Source: an archaeon (lineage in GTDB: Archaea > Thermoplasmatota > Thermoplasmata > Methanomassiliicoccales > Methanomethylophilaceae). From it: a stretch of 64,000 nucleotides of DNA. The DNA is taken from the NCBI GenBank assembly GCA_024399155.1, contig JAKSHX010000001.1, forward strand, positions 33,116-97,115, written 5' to 3'. Below the pieces are notes generated by a model. It did no database searches. It had not been told where the DNA came from and saw nothing but the letters and a program-made list of their open reading frames with translations. Positions 37,601 through 46,480 of this stretch are shown piece after piece. How positions within the stretch are numbered: position 1 is the stretch's first letter; every line of letters begins with the position of its first letter. Both the position numbers and the translations under genes were made by a program.

Positions 37601-37967
37601 AATTATCACGTACTTTTTCATCAAGAGATTCAGTAAGATAAGCTTCAACACCATGTATGTATTTCATTCCAGCATTTTCAATGTCGCATTTTTTATGCCA
37701 CCATTCAAAAACCGAACCATGTTCACTGAATCCAAGAGCGTTCATGCCACATTCCTTAGCTCTGGATATATACTCTTTATATTTTGTTATAGAGTCAATA
37801 TTGGTTACGCCGTTTGATAAGCTTGAGTGGCAATGATATATTACATAATTACCAGAACTTTTTGTTCTAGCCTTTATTTCTTCTGCAGGCGATTTACCTG
37901 ACACAAAAGCTTCAAGACTTTCCTCTGAAGCTATTGGAATAGACTTGATCACGCTCTTACCTCCCAT
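34671..37967 (-). CDS. DNA polymerase III alpha subunit (DnaE-type, N-terminal PHP domain)
   Basis: PHP motifs YHCHSSLSNG, FSEHG and GTDTHAL. Polymerase core GYGRGSVSGSMIAYLLGIT. 1098 aa. Confidence 0.85.
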   Translation of the reverse strand: MGGKSVIKSIPIASEESLEAFVSGKSPAEEIKARTKSSGNYVIYHCHSSLSNGVTNIDSITKYKEYISRAKECGMNALGFSEHGSVFEWWHKKCDIENAGMKYIHGVEAYLTESLDEKVRDNYHCVLIARNLDGVFELNELVSKSFCRTDNHFYYVPRISFDELFSTSDNIIITTACVGGVFGKGSDDVQERFLQFIHKNKHRCFLEIGHHSDEKQVKYNQEMHALSESWGIKLIAGTDTHALNDDHVEGRRVLQISKNIHFDGEDGWDLRFKTYDELINSFRKQNAIPEEAYMEAIENTNLLASMVEPFEMDKNTKYPHIYSNPSETFRKKVMDSMENHPYALKNHTREELTDVINKEIEVYEATKSIDFMLLQTYIREWEAKQGIQCGYGRGSVSGSMIAYLLGITQMDSKRFGLNFFRFMNPARVTNADIDTDYGGIDRDKMKEFLLKDKMNLDTIQSAEIITFNTIAMKGAIRDVCRALYKEEKPNEYIKITNEVVALAEKDEEKARHKYPNVFKYVDLLNGTIVSIGTHPSGVLVSDLPIARMIGLCSTSTSDYPISMLNMKELDDLMYVKLDVLGLDNISVINNACKQAGIPRLTPDNVDLEDENVWKSIRDDTTMIFQWESNSASQYLKEFMSDRTLEIAKKQIPNFSMIKWLSFGNGLIRPACASFRKSVANGEFYDNGFDELNKFLAPEAGRIAMQETIMRFLVQFCGYSDAESDSVRRSVAKKKGTETLLPEIERRFIEYSSAHYDITPERCEEVIKPFIQIILDASAYGFSWNHSDAYSCIGYISGYLRYYYPYEFLTAALNAFSDNTDKTAEIIKYASKNGIKVTSPKWRVSGVGYYYDKEKQVIAKGLDSVKYMSAIVTKELGDLYHKDYSGFMELLKDITSKTSMDSRQLDILIKIDYFSDFGNQRELLRITEMFNDMFGKGESSKISKEKITNPVIASIVAKYSTGMTKAGKPAKSYTITDMDSILKEVEASILAANLEDLSDVIKIQNFKEYMGYVGYTSDKEEDRRKLYVLEIYPLCRKADGVQFGYSVITKSIGSGIESRFTVFNRVFKKDPIEKNDIIYCTEYKRDGEYFTLTGYTHIY

Positions 37968-37979
37968 AAAAAATTGCTT

Positions 37980-38417
37980 TTATTCTTTTAAAAAATTATC
38001 TAGTTCGTCTTCTGATGCTATGAAGGTTTCTGTAAGACTATACGGTACCATGTTTTCATAGTCAAAAGGAATCACTTCTTCATAGCGCAGAATTCTTTCT
38101 CCGTTTGGAAGATTGATATAAGCCCTAGCAGTATAACTATCTAAGTTGAATAAATGACTACACGTATTATTAAACTTGTCAATAATGTCGGGGTCTAAAT
38201 CTGAAAGCGTGGCATTTGTAGTAAGTATAGGATGAGTTTTCAAGTATTGTAAGTATTCATTCCAATCAATCTTGTAATTTATATCGCCCCTCAGATTGTA
38301 ACGTCTTGTGAAATCCCTTATTAAAGAAACGTCAACAAACTCTCCTGAAGCAAATTCGGCGTACTTAGACATGTCATAACCAATCGCATATCTCTCAGAT
38401 AATTCATGAAGTTCCAT
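37980..38417 (-). CDS. Hypothetical protein ending in the shared C-terminal tail
   Basis: 145 aa. C-terminus ASEDELDNFLKE. Confidence 0.5.
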   Translation of the reverse strand: MELHELSERYAIGYDMSKYAEFASGEFVDVSLIRDFTRRYNLRGDINYKIDWNEYLQYLKTHPILTTNATLSDLDPDIIDKFNNTCSHLFNLDSYTARAYINLPNGERILRYEEVIPFDYENMVPYSLTETFIASEDELDNFLKE

Positions 38418-38424
38418 TATACTA

Positions 38425-38787
38425 TCACCCCTCTAAAAACTTAGATAATTCATCTTCAGTCGCTACATAAAACGTTCGTTTTATATCTAATTTTGCACTA
38501 GATATAGCTGCTTCAAACCATTTTTGAGTGAAAAATTCACTACATATAGTAACCATAGTTCTAATATGAGGCAGAATTGTAGTTCCATCTACGTTAAAGC
38601 CAGCATCACGAAAGTTACTCTTGCTGTACGTCTGAGAATATACTGTGTCGATACAATCATTCCCTCGTCCCGGACAATAAACCGTTACACATCCCATTGG
38701 TTCGCAAGTTATCTGCTCAATTATTGTCGTAGCTTCAATGATTAACTTCCTGCCACACACAGGACACCTATCAAGCTTACTATGCAC
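38425..38787 (-). CDS. Zinc-ribbon protein ending in the shared C-terminal tail
   Basis: N-terminal CPVCGRK...C..C pattern. C-terminus ATEDELSKFLEG. Confidence 0.5.
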   Translation of the reverse strand: MHSKLDRCPVCGRKLIIEATTIIEQITCEPMGCVTVYCPGRGNDCIDTVYSQTYSKSNFRDAGFNVDGTTILPHIRTMVTICSEFFTQKWFEAAISSAKLDIKRTFYVATEDELSKFLEG

Positions 38788-38795
38788 GTTACCAC

Positions 38796-39788
38796 CTACC
38801 TAAACTTGAATCTGTTCTGATACAATGCCTCGAAAACCTCTCGTCCCTTATCAACCGGAGCATCTTTATCATCCAACCAATCCCTTGCATCGTACAAATA
38901 CTCAACATTCACGTACTTTTTCAAGCAATTTATGTTTCTGTCTTCTCTAACAGCCACATCTTTATCCAGAGCAAACACCACTCTGACACCCAACCTAGCA
39001 AGTATCCTCATTTGCCCCGGATTTAAATGTGATGTGAGTATTGCTGCAGTATTTTTAATGCCGAAACCTCTTGCAATCAGAACAGACTTCATTCCCTCGA
39101 ATATAATGACTTCTTTTTTAGCCATGATGTCATTCAGATTCTCGAAAATCCCATAGACGATGCTCATCTGTCCGCCCCAAGGTTTGAAATATGTATATTT
39201 CCTTATTCCTTTTTCTTTGAAATCAGGATCAAGTGTTCTTCCACCAACGTTAGCTATTTTACCTGCAGGATTTCTTACTGGATAAACAATACAGTTAGAA
39301 AAACCGTCATACTTTACCCCGAAAAACCGCATAGCCTCGTCGGTTATTCCTTCTTTGCGCCAGACCTCATACTTCTCAGGTTTATCTTCGTACCTTTCCA
39401 TATAATTGTCTGGCAAAATATTGTTAGTACACTCTTTTTTGTTATCTCTTGGCTTTGCAAATCTACGACAAGTGTCCGTCGCAGACATTCTCTTTCTTCT
39501 TTTAAATTCTCCACCGCTATCATCAATTCCTGCAAACTTTTTAAGCATTTCTACTGCTTCGTGAGCGGAAACGTGATGATAAAACTTTAAAAAAGTAACA
39601 GCATTCCCACCAATCCCTGAAGAGAAACAGTAGAACCTACCAGTTTCCCTTCTCACTGAGAATGATGGTGTCTTTTCTTCTTTAAAAGGCGAGAAGCCCC
39701 AGAACTCCCCGTTCTTTTCCTGCAAATCAACATATTTAGAAATTAAATCTACGATATCTACGCATTCAAGAATTTCCTGAACGTCCAT
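38796..39788 (-). CDS. DNA primase (DnaG-like, degenerate zinc-binding region plus Toprim)
   Basis: FSPFKEEKTPSFSV...FYCFSSGIGGNAVTF matches the CHC2 zinc-finger region pattern with substitutions. Toprim-like VIIFEGMKSVL and ALDKD. Start at M9 (RBS GGGGGAG). Confidence 0.7.
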   Translation of the reverse strand: MDVQEILECVDIVDLISKYVDLQEKNGEFWGFSPFKEEKTPSFSVRRETGRFYCFSSGIGGNAVTFLKFYHHVSAHEAVEMLKKFAGIDDSGGEFKRRKRMSATDTCRRFAKPRDNKKECTNNILPDNYMERYEDKPEKYEVWRKEGITDEAMRFFGVKYDGFSNCIVYPVRNPAGKIANVGGRTLDPDFKEKGIRKYTYFKPWGGQMSIVYGIFENLNDIMAKKEVIIFEGMKSVLIARGFGIKNTAAILTSHLNPGQMRILARLGVRVVFALDKDVAVREDRNINCLKKYVNVEYLYDARDWLDDKDAPVDKGREVFEALYQNRFKFR

Positions 39789-39818
39789 AAGCTTCTCCCC
39801 CTTACCAAACAAACTTAT

Positions 39819-40190
39819 TTATTTATTGTTTGTACCAAGTACATTTCTTTCAATACGATCTTCTACTCTGCGATTCATATACATCAGAGCAATCTCAAGA
39901 TGCTCAAGAGCCTTTGCATTATATTCAGTTGCAAATTCCCCACTCTGAAAACCTTTTAATCTATCACGAACGATTTCAAGAAGATCAGTATCAATTACTC
40001 CATGTTTTGAATCAGGAAGTTTTCTTGCACCATTCTGAAATGATATAGGAAGACAGAAACACTCCTTGGTATCTGGATTGATTACACCATGAATTTCGTA
40101 CTCATGGTTAGCCCCACCATTACCAGGTTCATCAGCAGCCATTACAGTATTTAAATTTTCTCTCTTCTGAATTGTATTAAGTACTCTCAT
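39819..40190 (-). CDS. Hypothetical protein
   Basis: Start at M21 (RBS AAAGGAA). 123 aa. Contains [15 protein letters not shown]. Confidence 0.45.
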   Translation of the reverse strand: MRVLNTIQKRENLNTVMAADEPGNGGANHEYEIHGVINPDTKECFCLPISFQNGARKLPDSKHGVIDTDLLEIVRDRLKGFQSGEFATEYNAKALEHLEIALMYMNRRVEDRIERNVLGTNNK

Positions 40191-40209
40191 TTGAATTTCC
40201 TTTCTAATA

Positions 40210-41541
40210 TTAAAATGGATTGTGTGGTACATGCTGCTCTGCTTCTTCAAGCAGAATAATATTTCCGTTAAATTTGATATCTATGTATTCACCAGACGTA
40301 TGCTGTGCTCCGTTTCGATTAAACTGTACAATAAGTTTCTTATTACCACAGTTCACGCCGTCTGCTGCAATCTCTTCTGGAGTTTTGTCCAGCAAAAGAA
40401 CAACCGTCGAAGCATTTCTCGCAATCTTCGCACTATCCGCCAACTTTCCTGTGTCAGTAAGCTGAGCTGCTGCTATTGCTGCAATATCCATTGCTCCTGC
40501 AATGTTATTCTTAATCATATCAGTCAGCTTTCCGAGCTCTGCATATGTTGCAAATGCATCAGCATCCCCTGTTGGCTTAAGATAGTCAACCATAACCACA
40601 TCGAGTCTGCCAAACTTATGAGAAATCTTCTTTACTGCTCTGTAAATCGCATTCGATTCAAAAACCGGCATGTAAAGATGGACTAATCGCTTGGACTTTA
40701 TCCACAGAATAGCCTCACGAATTTTCTCCTTCTCTTCTTCTGTGTATCTTCCTGTTCTTACCCTAACAAATTCAATACCTGTCAGGTGAGAAACCATTCT
40801 ACACATAAAGAGTCTATCCGAAAGTTCACTGTCGATATACATAACGCTCTTATCTCTGCGCATTAAGTCAACAGCCTCATTTAACATGACCATTGACTTG
40901 GCTCCTTTCTTTGGAGCACCAACAACCACAAGTTCCTGCTTCTCAAGTGTCACATACTCGTTTAATGTTGGAAATTTAAAAGGAATACCAGACTCATTTC
41001 CGTCCTGATGATTCTCTATCTCAGCCCAAATGTCATCAGCGACATCAGCGAACTCAGGAATCTCATCAGTTGTCGAGAAGTTAATCATTGTGTCGTCAAG
41101 CTTCTGATAAATCGCCTGTTCGATATCAGCTTCTGCAGGATTACAGCAAAGCATCTTGCACTCTTCTAGAATAGAAAATAAGCTACGCCGGAATGCCGCA
41201 TCAACAACATTAGAAACCAACATTCGATACTCTTCTTCAGTGTTTCTGCAAAGAACATCACTCATCATAATGAGTTCTTGCAGTTCATCGATAGAGAGTT
41301 CATCAGCCAGTCTCCTTGTAGCGTCTGAAGAGTTTAAGCTTTCAATAATGTTGTAAGCATCGACTGTTCGGATACCCTTGTCTGCAAGTTTCTCGATTGC
41401 TGTGTACACACAACGATTTTGTTTGTTTGTGAAATGCCCAGGAAGTAAATCCTCGGAATGATATATGTATTCTGGATGATGAATCAGTGTAGCAATCACG
41501 CCAGATTCAGCTTCCAAACTATTAATGTCGTCAGCTCTCAT
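40210..41541 (-). CDS. dnaB: Replicative DNA helicase (DnaB family)
   Basis: N-terminus [16 protein letters not shown]. Walker [13 protein letters not shown]. RecA-like C-terminal domain. Start at M16 (RBS AAGGAG). Confidence 0.85.
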   Translation of the reverse strand: MRADDINSLEAESGVIATLIHHPEYIYHSEDLLPGHFTNKQNRCVYTAIEKLADKGIRTVDAYNIIESLNSSDATRRLADELSIDELQELIMMSDVLCRNTEEEYRMLVSNVVDAAFRRSLFSILEECKMLCCNPAEADIEQAIYQKLDDTMINFSTTDEIPEFADVADDIWAEIENHQDGNESGIPFKFPTLNEYVTLEKQELVVVGAPKKGAKSMVMLNEAVDLMRRDKSVMYIDSELSDRLFMCRMVSHLTGIEFVRVRTGRYTEEEKEKIREAILWIKSKRLVHLYMPVFESNAIYRAVKKISHKFGRLDVVMVDYLKPTGDADAFATYAELGKLTDMIKNNIAGAMDIAAIAAAQLTDTGKLADSAKIARNASTVVLLLDKTPEEIAADGVNCGNKKLIVQFNRNGAQHTSGEYIDIKFNGNIILLEEAEQHVPHNPF

Positions 41542-41560
41542 CTCTTCAACTCCTTGTTTA

Positions 41561-41736
41561 TATATTGCCCTGTTCTTTACAATCACCAGACTTTCACTCG
41601 TGATTGTAAACTAATTAGTTCATAAAAATCCGCCAACCAAAGAAGGATTTTTATGAACGGCTTATAGGAATCGCACCTACACTCTCGCTTACAGCAAGAG
41701 CAACACATATGTATTAATTTGCAACAGGGCAATATA
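41561..41736 (-). promoter_or_regulatory. IR-closed structured leader upstream of dnaB (possible ori or cis-regulatory RNA)
   Basis: 14-bp perfect inverted repeat TATATTGCCCTGTT (41561-41574) / AACAGGGCAATATA (41723-41736). It encloses a 14-bp hairpin GTTCATAAAAATCC-N13-GGATTTTTATGAAC (41618-41658) and AATCAC-N13-GTGATT. Confidence 0.45.
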
Positions 41737-41755
41737 TGTAACTTATTTAATTATG

Positions 41756-42526
41756 TTACCTATAATAGACACAATCGTCGTGAACTCCGCAAAGGAATCT
41801 ACACCGAAAATAATCTATGTCAGGGTAAAATTCCTCTGCGTTTTTGATTTTTTCAATAGTGTTTTCCGCCCATTCGAGGGCATCTTTACAAGCCTGTTCA
41901 TTAAATGGTTCTTCAATGAATACCCCAGACTTGAAACAATTGAAGCATAATGATTCTGGATATTTCCCATACTCTTGCTTAACTGCTTCAGCATAAATAT
42001 ACAGCTGCTTGAGCATATCATCGAGTTCTTTGTCCTTGATAGTAGGTTTTGCTCGCTTACTTCTAGGTTTGAGATCCCTTGATTTGTTATCGACGATATA
42101 TAACTTACCGTCTTTCTCTCCAAGAAAATCAATGAACCCAACAAAGTTATACTGTCCGATCTTGAACTCAACCTTTTTCTCAACGCCCACAGTATTGTAA
42201 GGAAACGGTTTAAAGTTCGTGAAGTAATCTATCCCTTTTTGGATATAGCTTTCCACGATACTATCAGAGGGTCTGTCCCCTTTGACGTTTTCGGAAAAAC
42301 CAAGCAGAAACGTAGATAATAACTCACCCTGCTTTAATTCTCCTTTGTAATACTGCTCAAGTATCTTATGTATGAAGCTGCCGTAGCTTGCATAAAACAT
42401 ATCCTTGTCTTCAGATTCGTATATATATTTGAGAAGCCATTGATAACGGCAATCGCCGAAGCATGAGACTCTGCTGTAGCTAAACCTCATGCCGTCAACA
42501 ATTGCTCTGTAAATCCCTGTCTCCAT
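41756..42526 (-). CDS. PD-(D/E)XK exonuclease, Cas4/RecB-like with Cys cluster
   Basis: IDFLGE...IVDNKS (D..D/ExK), QLYIYA (QxxxY), an N-terminal Cys plus C-terminal CRFLCGVHDDC. Confidence 0.75.
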   Translation of the reverse strand: METGIYRAIVDGMRFSYSRVSCFGDCRYQWLLKYIYESEDKDMFYASYGSFIHKILEQYYKGELKQGELLSTFLLGFSENVKGDRPSDSIVESYIQKGIDYFTNFKPFPYNTVGVEKKVEFKIGQYNFVGFIDFLGEKDGKLYIVDNKSRDLKPRSKRAKPTIKDKELDDMLKQLYIYAEAVKQEYGKYPESLCFNCFKSGVFIEEPFNEQACKDALEWAENTIEKIKNAEEFYPDIDYFRCRFLCGVHDDCVYYR

Positions 42527-42529
42527 TTA

Positions 42530-42907
42530 TTAGAACGGAACTTCTCCGTCTGAAAGAACCTCCTCAGCCTTTTCAATAGCCGCTTCAACTGGAGATGATG
42601 TTGATGAAGAACCACCATCAGCCACTTCAAAACTGAATACTGTAAAGTTCGTGTAGGAAATCTTCTTTTCTTTGTCATACTTTGTAGTAACTTCAACATC
42701 GCCAAGCTTGAGTCTGTCCTTTTCCTTGAGATGTGCTGCATTCTTAGCTGCTGCCGCACCCACAAATGCTACGAATCCGCTGAAATCTGTTTCATATGAA
42801 TCTGTCTGCTTATTCTTTTTGCTAGTTGAAAGTCTTACCTTTGTCATTGTTTCTGATACTGGATTAACTTCCCATACTGTTGCATAACTGCCTGATCTGA
42901 ATCCCAT
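42530..42907 (-). CDS. ssb: Single-stranded DNA-binding protein
   Basis: OB-fold-sized 125 aa. Acidic C-terminal tail ending DGEVPF (SSB-Ct type). Confidence 0.8.
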   Translation of the reverse strand: MGFRSGSYATVWEVNPVSETMTKVRLSTSKKNKQTDSYETDFSGFVAFVGAAAAKNAAHLKEKDRLKLGDVEVTTKYDKEKKISYTNFTVFSFEVADGGSSSTSSPVEAAIEKAEEVLSDGEVPF

Positions 42908-42909
42908 AA

Positions 42910-43620
42910 TTATTCTCCTTCTGCTCCTATGTATTTTTCTTTAAGACCGTTTAGCAGATTTGTTGCTGTTGTAAGGTCTTTAATAGCGTTGTAGTTTGCG
43001 CCCTTGGCAAATCTACTTATGTATTCAATAAGTTCTTCTCTCTTTTCTGGATTAGTCTGAACTGTGTTCTTGACGATCTTATCGACTTCACCAATTATTC
43101 CAGCAATAACCGCCTTGGTTTCAATTTCCTCTGCTTCCTTCTGCTTGCTTCTGAATGCGTCAATATCCTGGTCAGTCTGAGCAATCTGGAAGTATGATGT
43201 GAGGAACTGTCTTGTGGTGTAGGTTAATCCTGCTCCCATTGCCTGAGCTGGGTCTGACATAGAACCAGTAACTACCCATGGCACATCGATAAACTCTTCT
43301 GGATTATCATCATTAACCCACCTAAAGTTCATTTCTCCAAAGAACAGCATTTCTGTTGTCTTTGTTGTAACAGCATTGCCGTCCTTAGACATCTTTACAT
43401 TCTCAATAACATTCTGAGATACTGATGATGTCCCCGGAACGATTGACGGAATCAGTGAGACTCCATACTTTTTCATACCTGCAGTAATACTTGCAAGGAT
43501 TGTTGTTACCTGAACATAAGAGTAATTAAAACCCTTCTTGTCCTTCTTAACAACGTCAGACATTACTCTGATTTTTGCGAGCTTCTGAATAAGGCTCGAT
43601 GTTTCTGTTGTTTCTACCAT
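42910..43620 (-). CDS. ERF-family single-strand annealing protein
   Basis: N-terminus LIQKLAKIRVMSDVVKKDKKGFNYSYVQVTTIL follows the Erf pattern. Position is next to SSB and the nuclease. Confidence 0.55.
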   Translation of the reverse strand: MVETTETSSLIQKLAKIRVMSDVVKKDKKGFNYSYVQVTTILASITAGMKKYGVSLIPSIVPGTSSVSQNVIENVKMSKDGNAVTTKTTEMLFFGEMNFRWVNDDNPEEFIDVPWVVTGSMSDPAQAMGAGLTYTTRQFLTSYFQIAQTDQDIDAFRSKQKEAEEIETKAVIAGIIGEVDKIVKNTVQTNPEKREELIEYISRFAKGANYNAIKDLTTATNLLNGLKEKYIGAEGE

Positions 43621-43622
43621 TC

Positions 43623-44189
43623 TTACCCTTCTTTCTTAGTTTCAATTACGTAAGTTGCGGACTGGTCTGCTGCTGATAAAAGCCAAGCATATGGGAACTG
43701 TTCATAAGCCATTCCGATATACCCAACATCACCATCGAATGCAGACATATGACAGTTAATTGCCACAGCCTCTTCTGTAGTAAGCTTGATAAACTGCTGT
43801 GTAATAAACACAGACTTACTACCGTGCCCACCATAATTAAGCTTAGGCTTTGTAATGAAAGCATCGTAGCTTTCCCACTGCCCTGATTCGTTCTTACGAT
43901 TACGTTTTTCTACGGCATAGTTATTTACCTTACAGAGATCATGGAATAATGTAGTGATGATAATAGTTTCTTCACTTACTTTGATCTCTGGATAAACCTG
44001 AAGAAGTCTTTTCATTTCGTCATAAACATGCAGTGAGTGTTCACATAAACCGCCGGCATATGAACCGTGGAAGCGAGTGCTCGCTGGTGCTGTAAAGAAA
44101 TCTGACTTCTCGAGCCAATCGATAAGGTTGTTGATACCGTCTCTTTTGATGCTTGAACATAGACTCAAATATCTTTCTTTGTCTGTCAT
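43623..44189 (-). CDS. HD-domain phosphohydrolase
   Basis: H...HD motif: FHGSYAGGLCEHSLHV...LFHDLCK. Confidence 0.7.
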   Translation of the reverse strand: MTDKERYLSLCSSIKRDGINNLIDWLEKSDFFTAPASTRFHGSYAGGLCEHSLHVYDEMKRLLQVYPEIKVSEETIIITTLFHDLCKVNNYAVEKRNRKNESGQWESYDAFITKPKLNYGGHGSKSVFITQQFIKLTTEEAVAINCHMSAFDGDVGYIGMAYEQFPYAWLLSAADQSATYVIETKKEG

Positions 44190-44349
44190 GTAAATCCGCC
44201 TTTCATAAGTATTTTTTGAGGTTTTTGTGCTTATAAAACCTCGATTTTATAGGGAAAAATCCCAGATAATGTGTCGGATTCGAACCGAAAATACATATTT
44301 CCAAACTAAATACCACATTACAAACCTACAATTCTATGTAGATAGGTAT

Positions 44350-44376
44350 AAAAAAAAAGAGGCTTAATCATAAGCC
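44350..44376 (-). terminator. Rho-independent terminator
   Basis: GGCTTA-ATCA-TAAGCC, followed on the minus strand by U9. Confidence 0.65.
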
Positions 44377-44395
44377 ACTTTGTTTTCGCTAATAT

Positions 44396-45370
44396 TTAAT
44401 TGTACATATAACCAAAAGCTTCTTTCCAATTTAAATACTCTAATTTATAAATCCTTGAATGCTTTACTATTTGAGTATTAGATATAGGCTTCTGTTCGTC
44501 TTTGGGTTTGCTTTCCATCTTCTTTTTTAATTCCTTAACTGTTAGTGCTTCAAATGATACCTCAAACCCCGACCGTTCCATCTCAAGAGCCCTAAAAAAC
44601 ACACCAGACTTCCTTATATTTTCATAGGCAATTTCTGTAACAAAAATATTATTACTATTTAATTTACTTATCCTTTGATTAATTGTTGTTTGAAGAGTAG
44701 GAAGTTTAATAATCCCTGATACTCCACGAGACAACTCATTTCCATCATATCTAGACTTCATTATCGGGGCAGGATAATTTGAATGGAAGTATTTGAATTC
44801 CTTTAAACTAATTGCACTCTTGGTCGTTTTCAAAGCTTCTTTATATATAGGATACTTTTCATTATCACAAAAAAATACCATTTCTTCAAAATCAAAATCT
44901 GAACACAATACTTTAATGTAGTCTTCCTTTGGCAAACCAGAATACATCATCCATAATATAGCTCTATAGACATTATCAACAGTACATTCCTCAACTGGAG
45001 CGAACAACATGTCTAATTCTTTTTGGAAATGTAGTGGATTAGACAAGAAACGCTCTTTTATTTTTTGAATTGGAGATGCTTTTATATGTAATATATTATT
45101 GTTGGCATCTCTTACATTGTTCTCAAGGCACCATTTTACATATCTTTGTATTACTGATATTCTTGTTGTTTTATTTGTAGATTCTCTAACCGCAAGGCCT
45201 ACGATTTTATTTGCAACTTCAGATGCCTGACTGATATTCATTGCGCACACATCAACATCATATTTGATTTCAAATTCTTCAATAGTTTTAAATACCGATA
45301 GTATTTCCTTCCTTGCACTCTCGTTAGATATTGTATCCATGAAGTTCATTTTTGTTACTTCGTTATACAT
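44396..45370 (-). CDS. Hypothetical protein (324 aa)
   Basis: ORF with no motif I can assign. Confidence 0.5.
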   Translation of the reverse strand: MYNEVTKMNFMDTISNESARKEILSVFKTIEEFEIKYDVDVCAMNISQASEVANKIVGLAVRESTNKTTRISVIQRYVKWCLENNVRDANNNILHIKASPIQKIKERFLSNPLHFQKELDMLFAPVEECTVDNVYRAILWMMYSGLPKEDYIKVLCSDFDFEEMVFFCDNEKYPIYKEALKTTKSAISLKEFKYFHSNYPAPIMKSRYDGNELSRGVSGIIKLPTLQTTINQRISKLNSNNIFVTEIAYENIRKSGVFFRALEMERSGFEVSFEALTVKELKKKMESKPKDEQKPISNTQIVKHSRIYKLEYLNWKEAFGYMYN

Positions 45371-45379
45371 AACACACCT

Positions 45380-45805
45380 CTAGTTGTTAATAATGTTATT
45401 TAAGGAAACACACTTTCCCCATAGCTCAACTAGCATATCTGGATTAATAAAAGCTAAGGCGGATGTTGCTAAAAGACTTGCAACAGCTATTTCTTTCATA
45501 TAATTATCTGGAATAGTAGTAAGATAAGATCCACACTTTGATTTCGACATAACAGTTGGATTTTCGCACAGAACAACGCTATCCTTTTTCAAACCACATT
45601 CTTCTGCTGAAACAAAAATATGAGTTGGAATTCTTTTGTTTATTTTCTTTAATGAACTTGTAAGAGGTAAGGCAATAATATTAGGACTATGTATATTCCC
45701 AGTGTTGTTTTGAAAAACTAAGCCCGGTCTCCATCCAATTTGTTCATGTTCATCACCCTCAAAACGCATCAGATAAACCTCTCCTATCTGAAACTTTTTG
45801 ATCAA
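45380..45805 (-). CDS. MazF/PemK-like toxin-fold protein
   Basis: QIGEVYLMRFEGDEHEQIGWRPGLVFQNN...IIALPLTSS...THIFV follows the PemK/MazF pattern. TTG start with GAGGT RBS. Confidence 0.6.
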   Translation of the reverse strand: MIKKFQIGEVYLMRFEGDEHEQIGWRPGLVFQNNTGNIHSPNIIALPLTSSLKKINKRIPTHIFVSAEECGLKKDSVVLCENPTVMSKSKCGSYLTTIPDNYMKEIAVASLLATSALAFINPDMLVELWGKCVSLNNIINN

Positions 45806-45889
45806 AATAATACCTCGATTCTTAAAAAATATCACACATCCAACGGTCAAATTATACCACACCACACCACTGTCTGTCAAGTTTCACCA

Positions 45890-46399
45890 CTATGGGGTAT
45901 GTATTGGAGAAATCACACAGCTATTAATTAAATCATCCATACATTCACAGCATAAATGTAAATTAATCTTTTCTCCGTCGTAAATGCTTCCATATTTTAT
46001 AACGTTATTGATTGAAAAATTATTTTCTTTATCCCAAACATCTAAAACCTTTCCGCATTTATTACATATATTATTTTTCTCATTCCTCATTAACATTTCC
46101 CTCTTTAACGGAGAGAAGAATACATACTCTTCATTTGATTCATTCAAACCACAACTAAAAATAAAGAGCACATCATCCTGCCTCTCCTCTATATCAATGT
46201 AGTTTATATTATTAAGCGATAATTTATTACTGTCATTACTTATAAATGTTGCACTCATAAGCTCTGAAGACAGTAAAAGCTTGTCAAAAGACAAGCTCAA
46301 TTTAATATTATTACACACTTCCTGCCCTTTCAAGACAAATGAGCTAACATTATTTGCAAAACAATAATCTTTAAAATCTGAGATAGACAATCTTTTCAT
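45890..46399 (-). CDS. Hypothetical protein with C-terminal zinc ribbon
   Basis: CNKCGK...HLCCEC. Confidence 0.5.
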   Translation of the reverse strand: MKRLSISDFKDYCFANNVSSFVLKGQEVCNNIKLSLSFDKLLLSSELMSATFISNDSNKLSLNNINYIDIEERQDDVLFIFSCGLNESNEEYVFFSPLKREMLMRNEKNNICNKCGKVLDVWDKENNFSINNVIKYGSIYDGEKINLHLCCECMDDLINSCVISPIHTP

Positions 46400-46480
46400 A
46401 AACTCTTCCTCCCCTGCTGTAAATCCTATAAATTATCTTTAGATAATAATACCATAGATAATATAATATGTCAATACTAT

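Noticed and set aside
44267-44320. tRNA-like mini-structure (acceptor TAATGTG/CACATTA, T arm TCGG-TTCGAAT-CCGA)
   Set aside because: It is only 54 nt long, has no D arm, and the putative anticodon loop AGUUUGG lacks U33. It is probably a chance or decayed fragment, and is noted only as a possible tRNA remnant.
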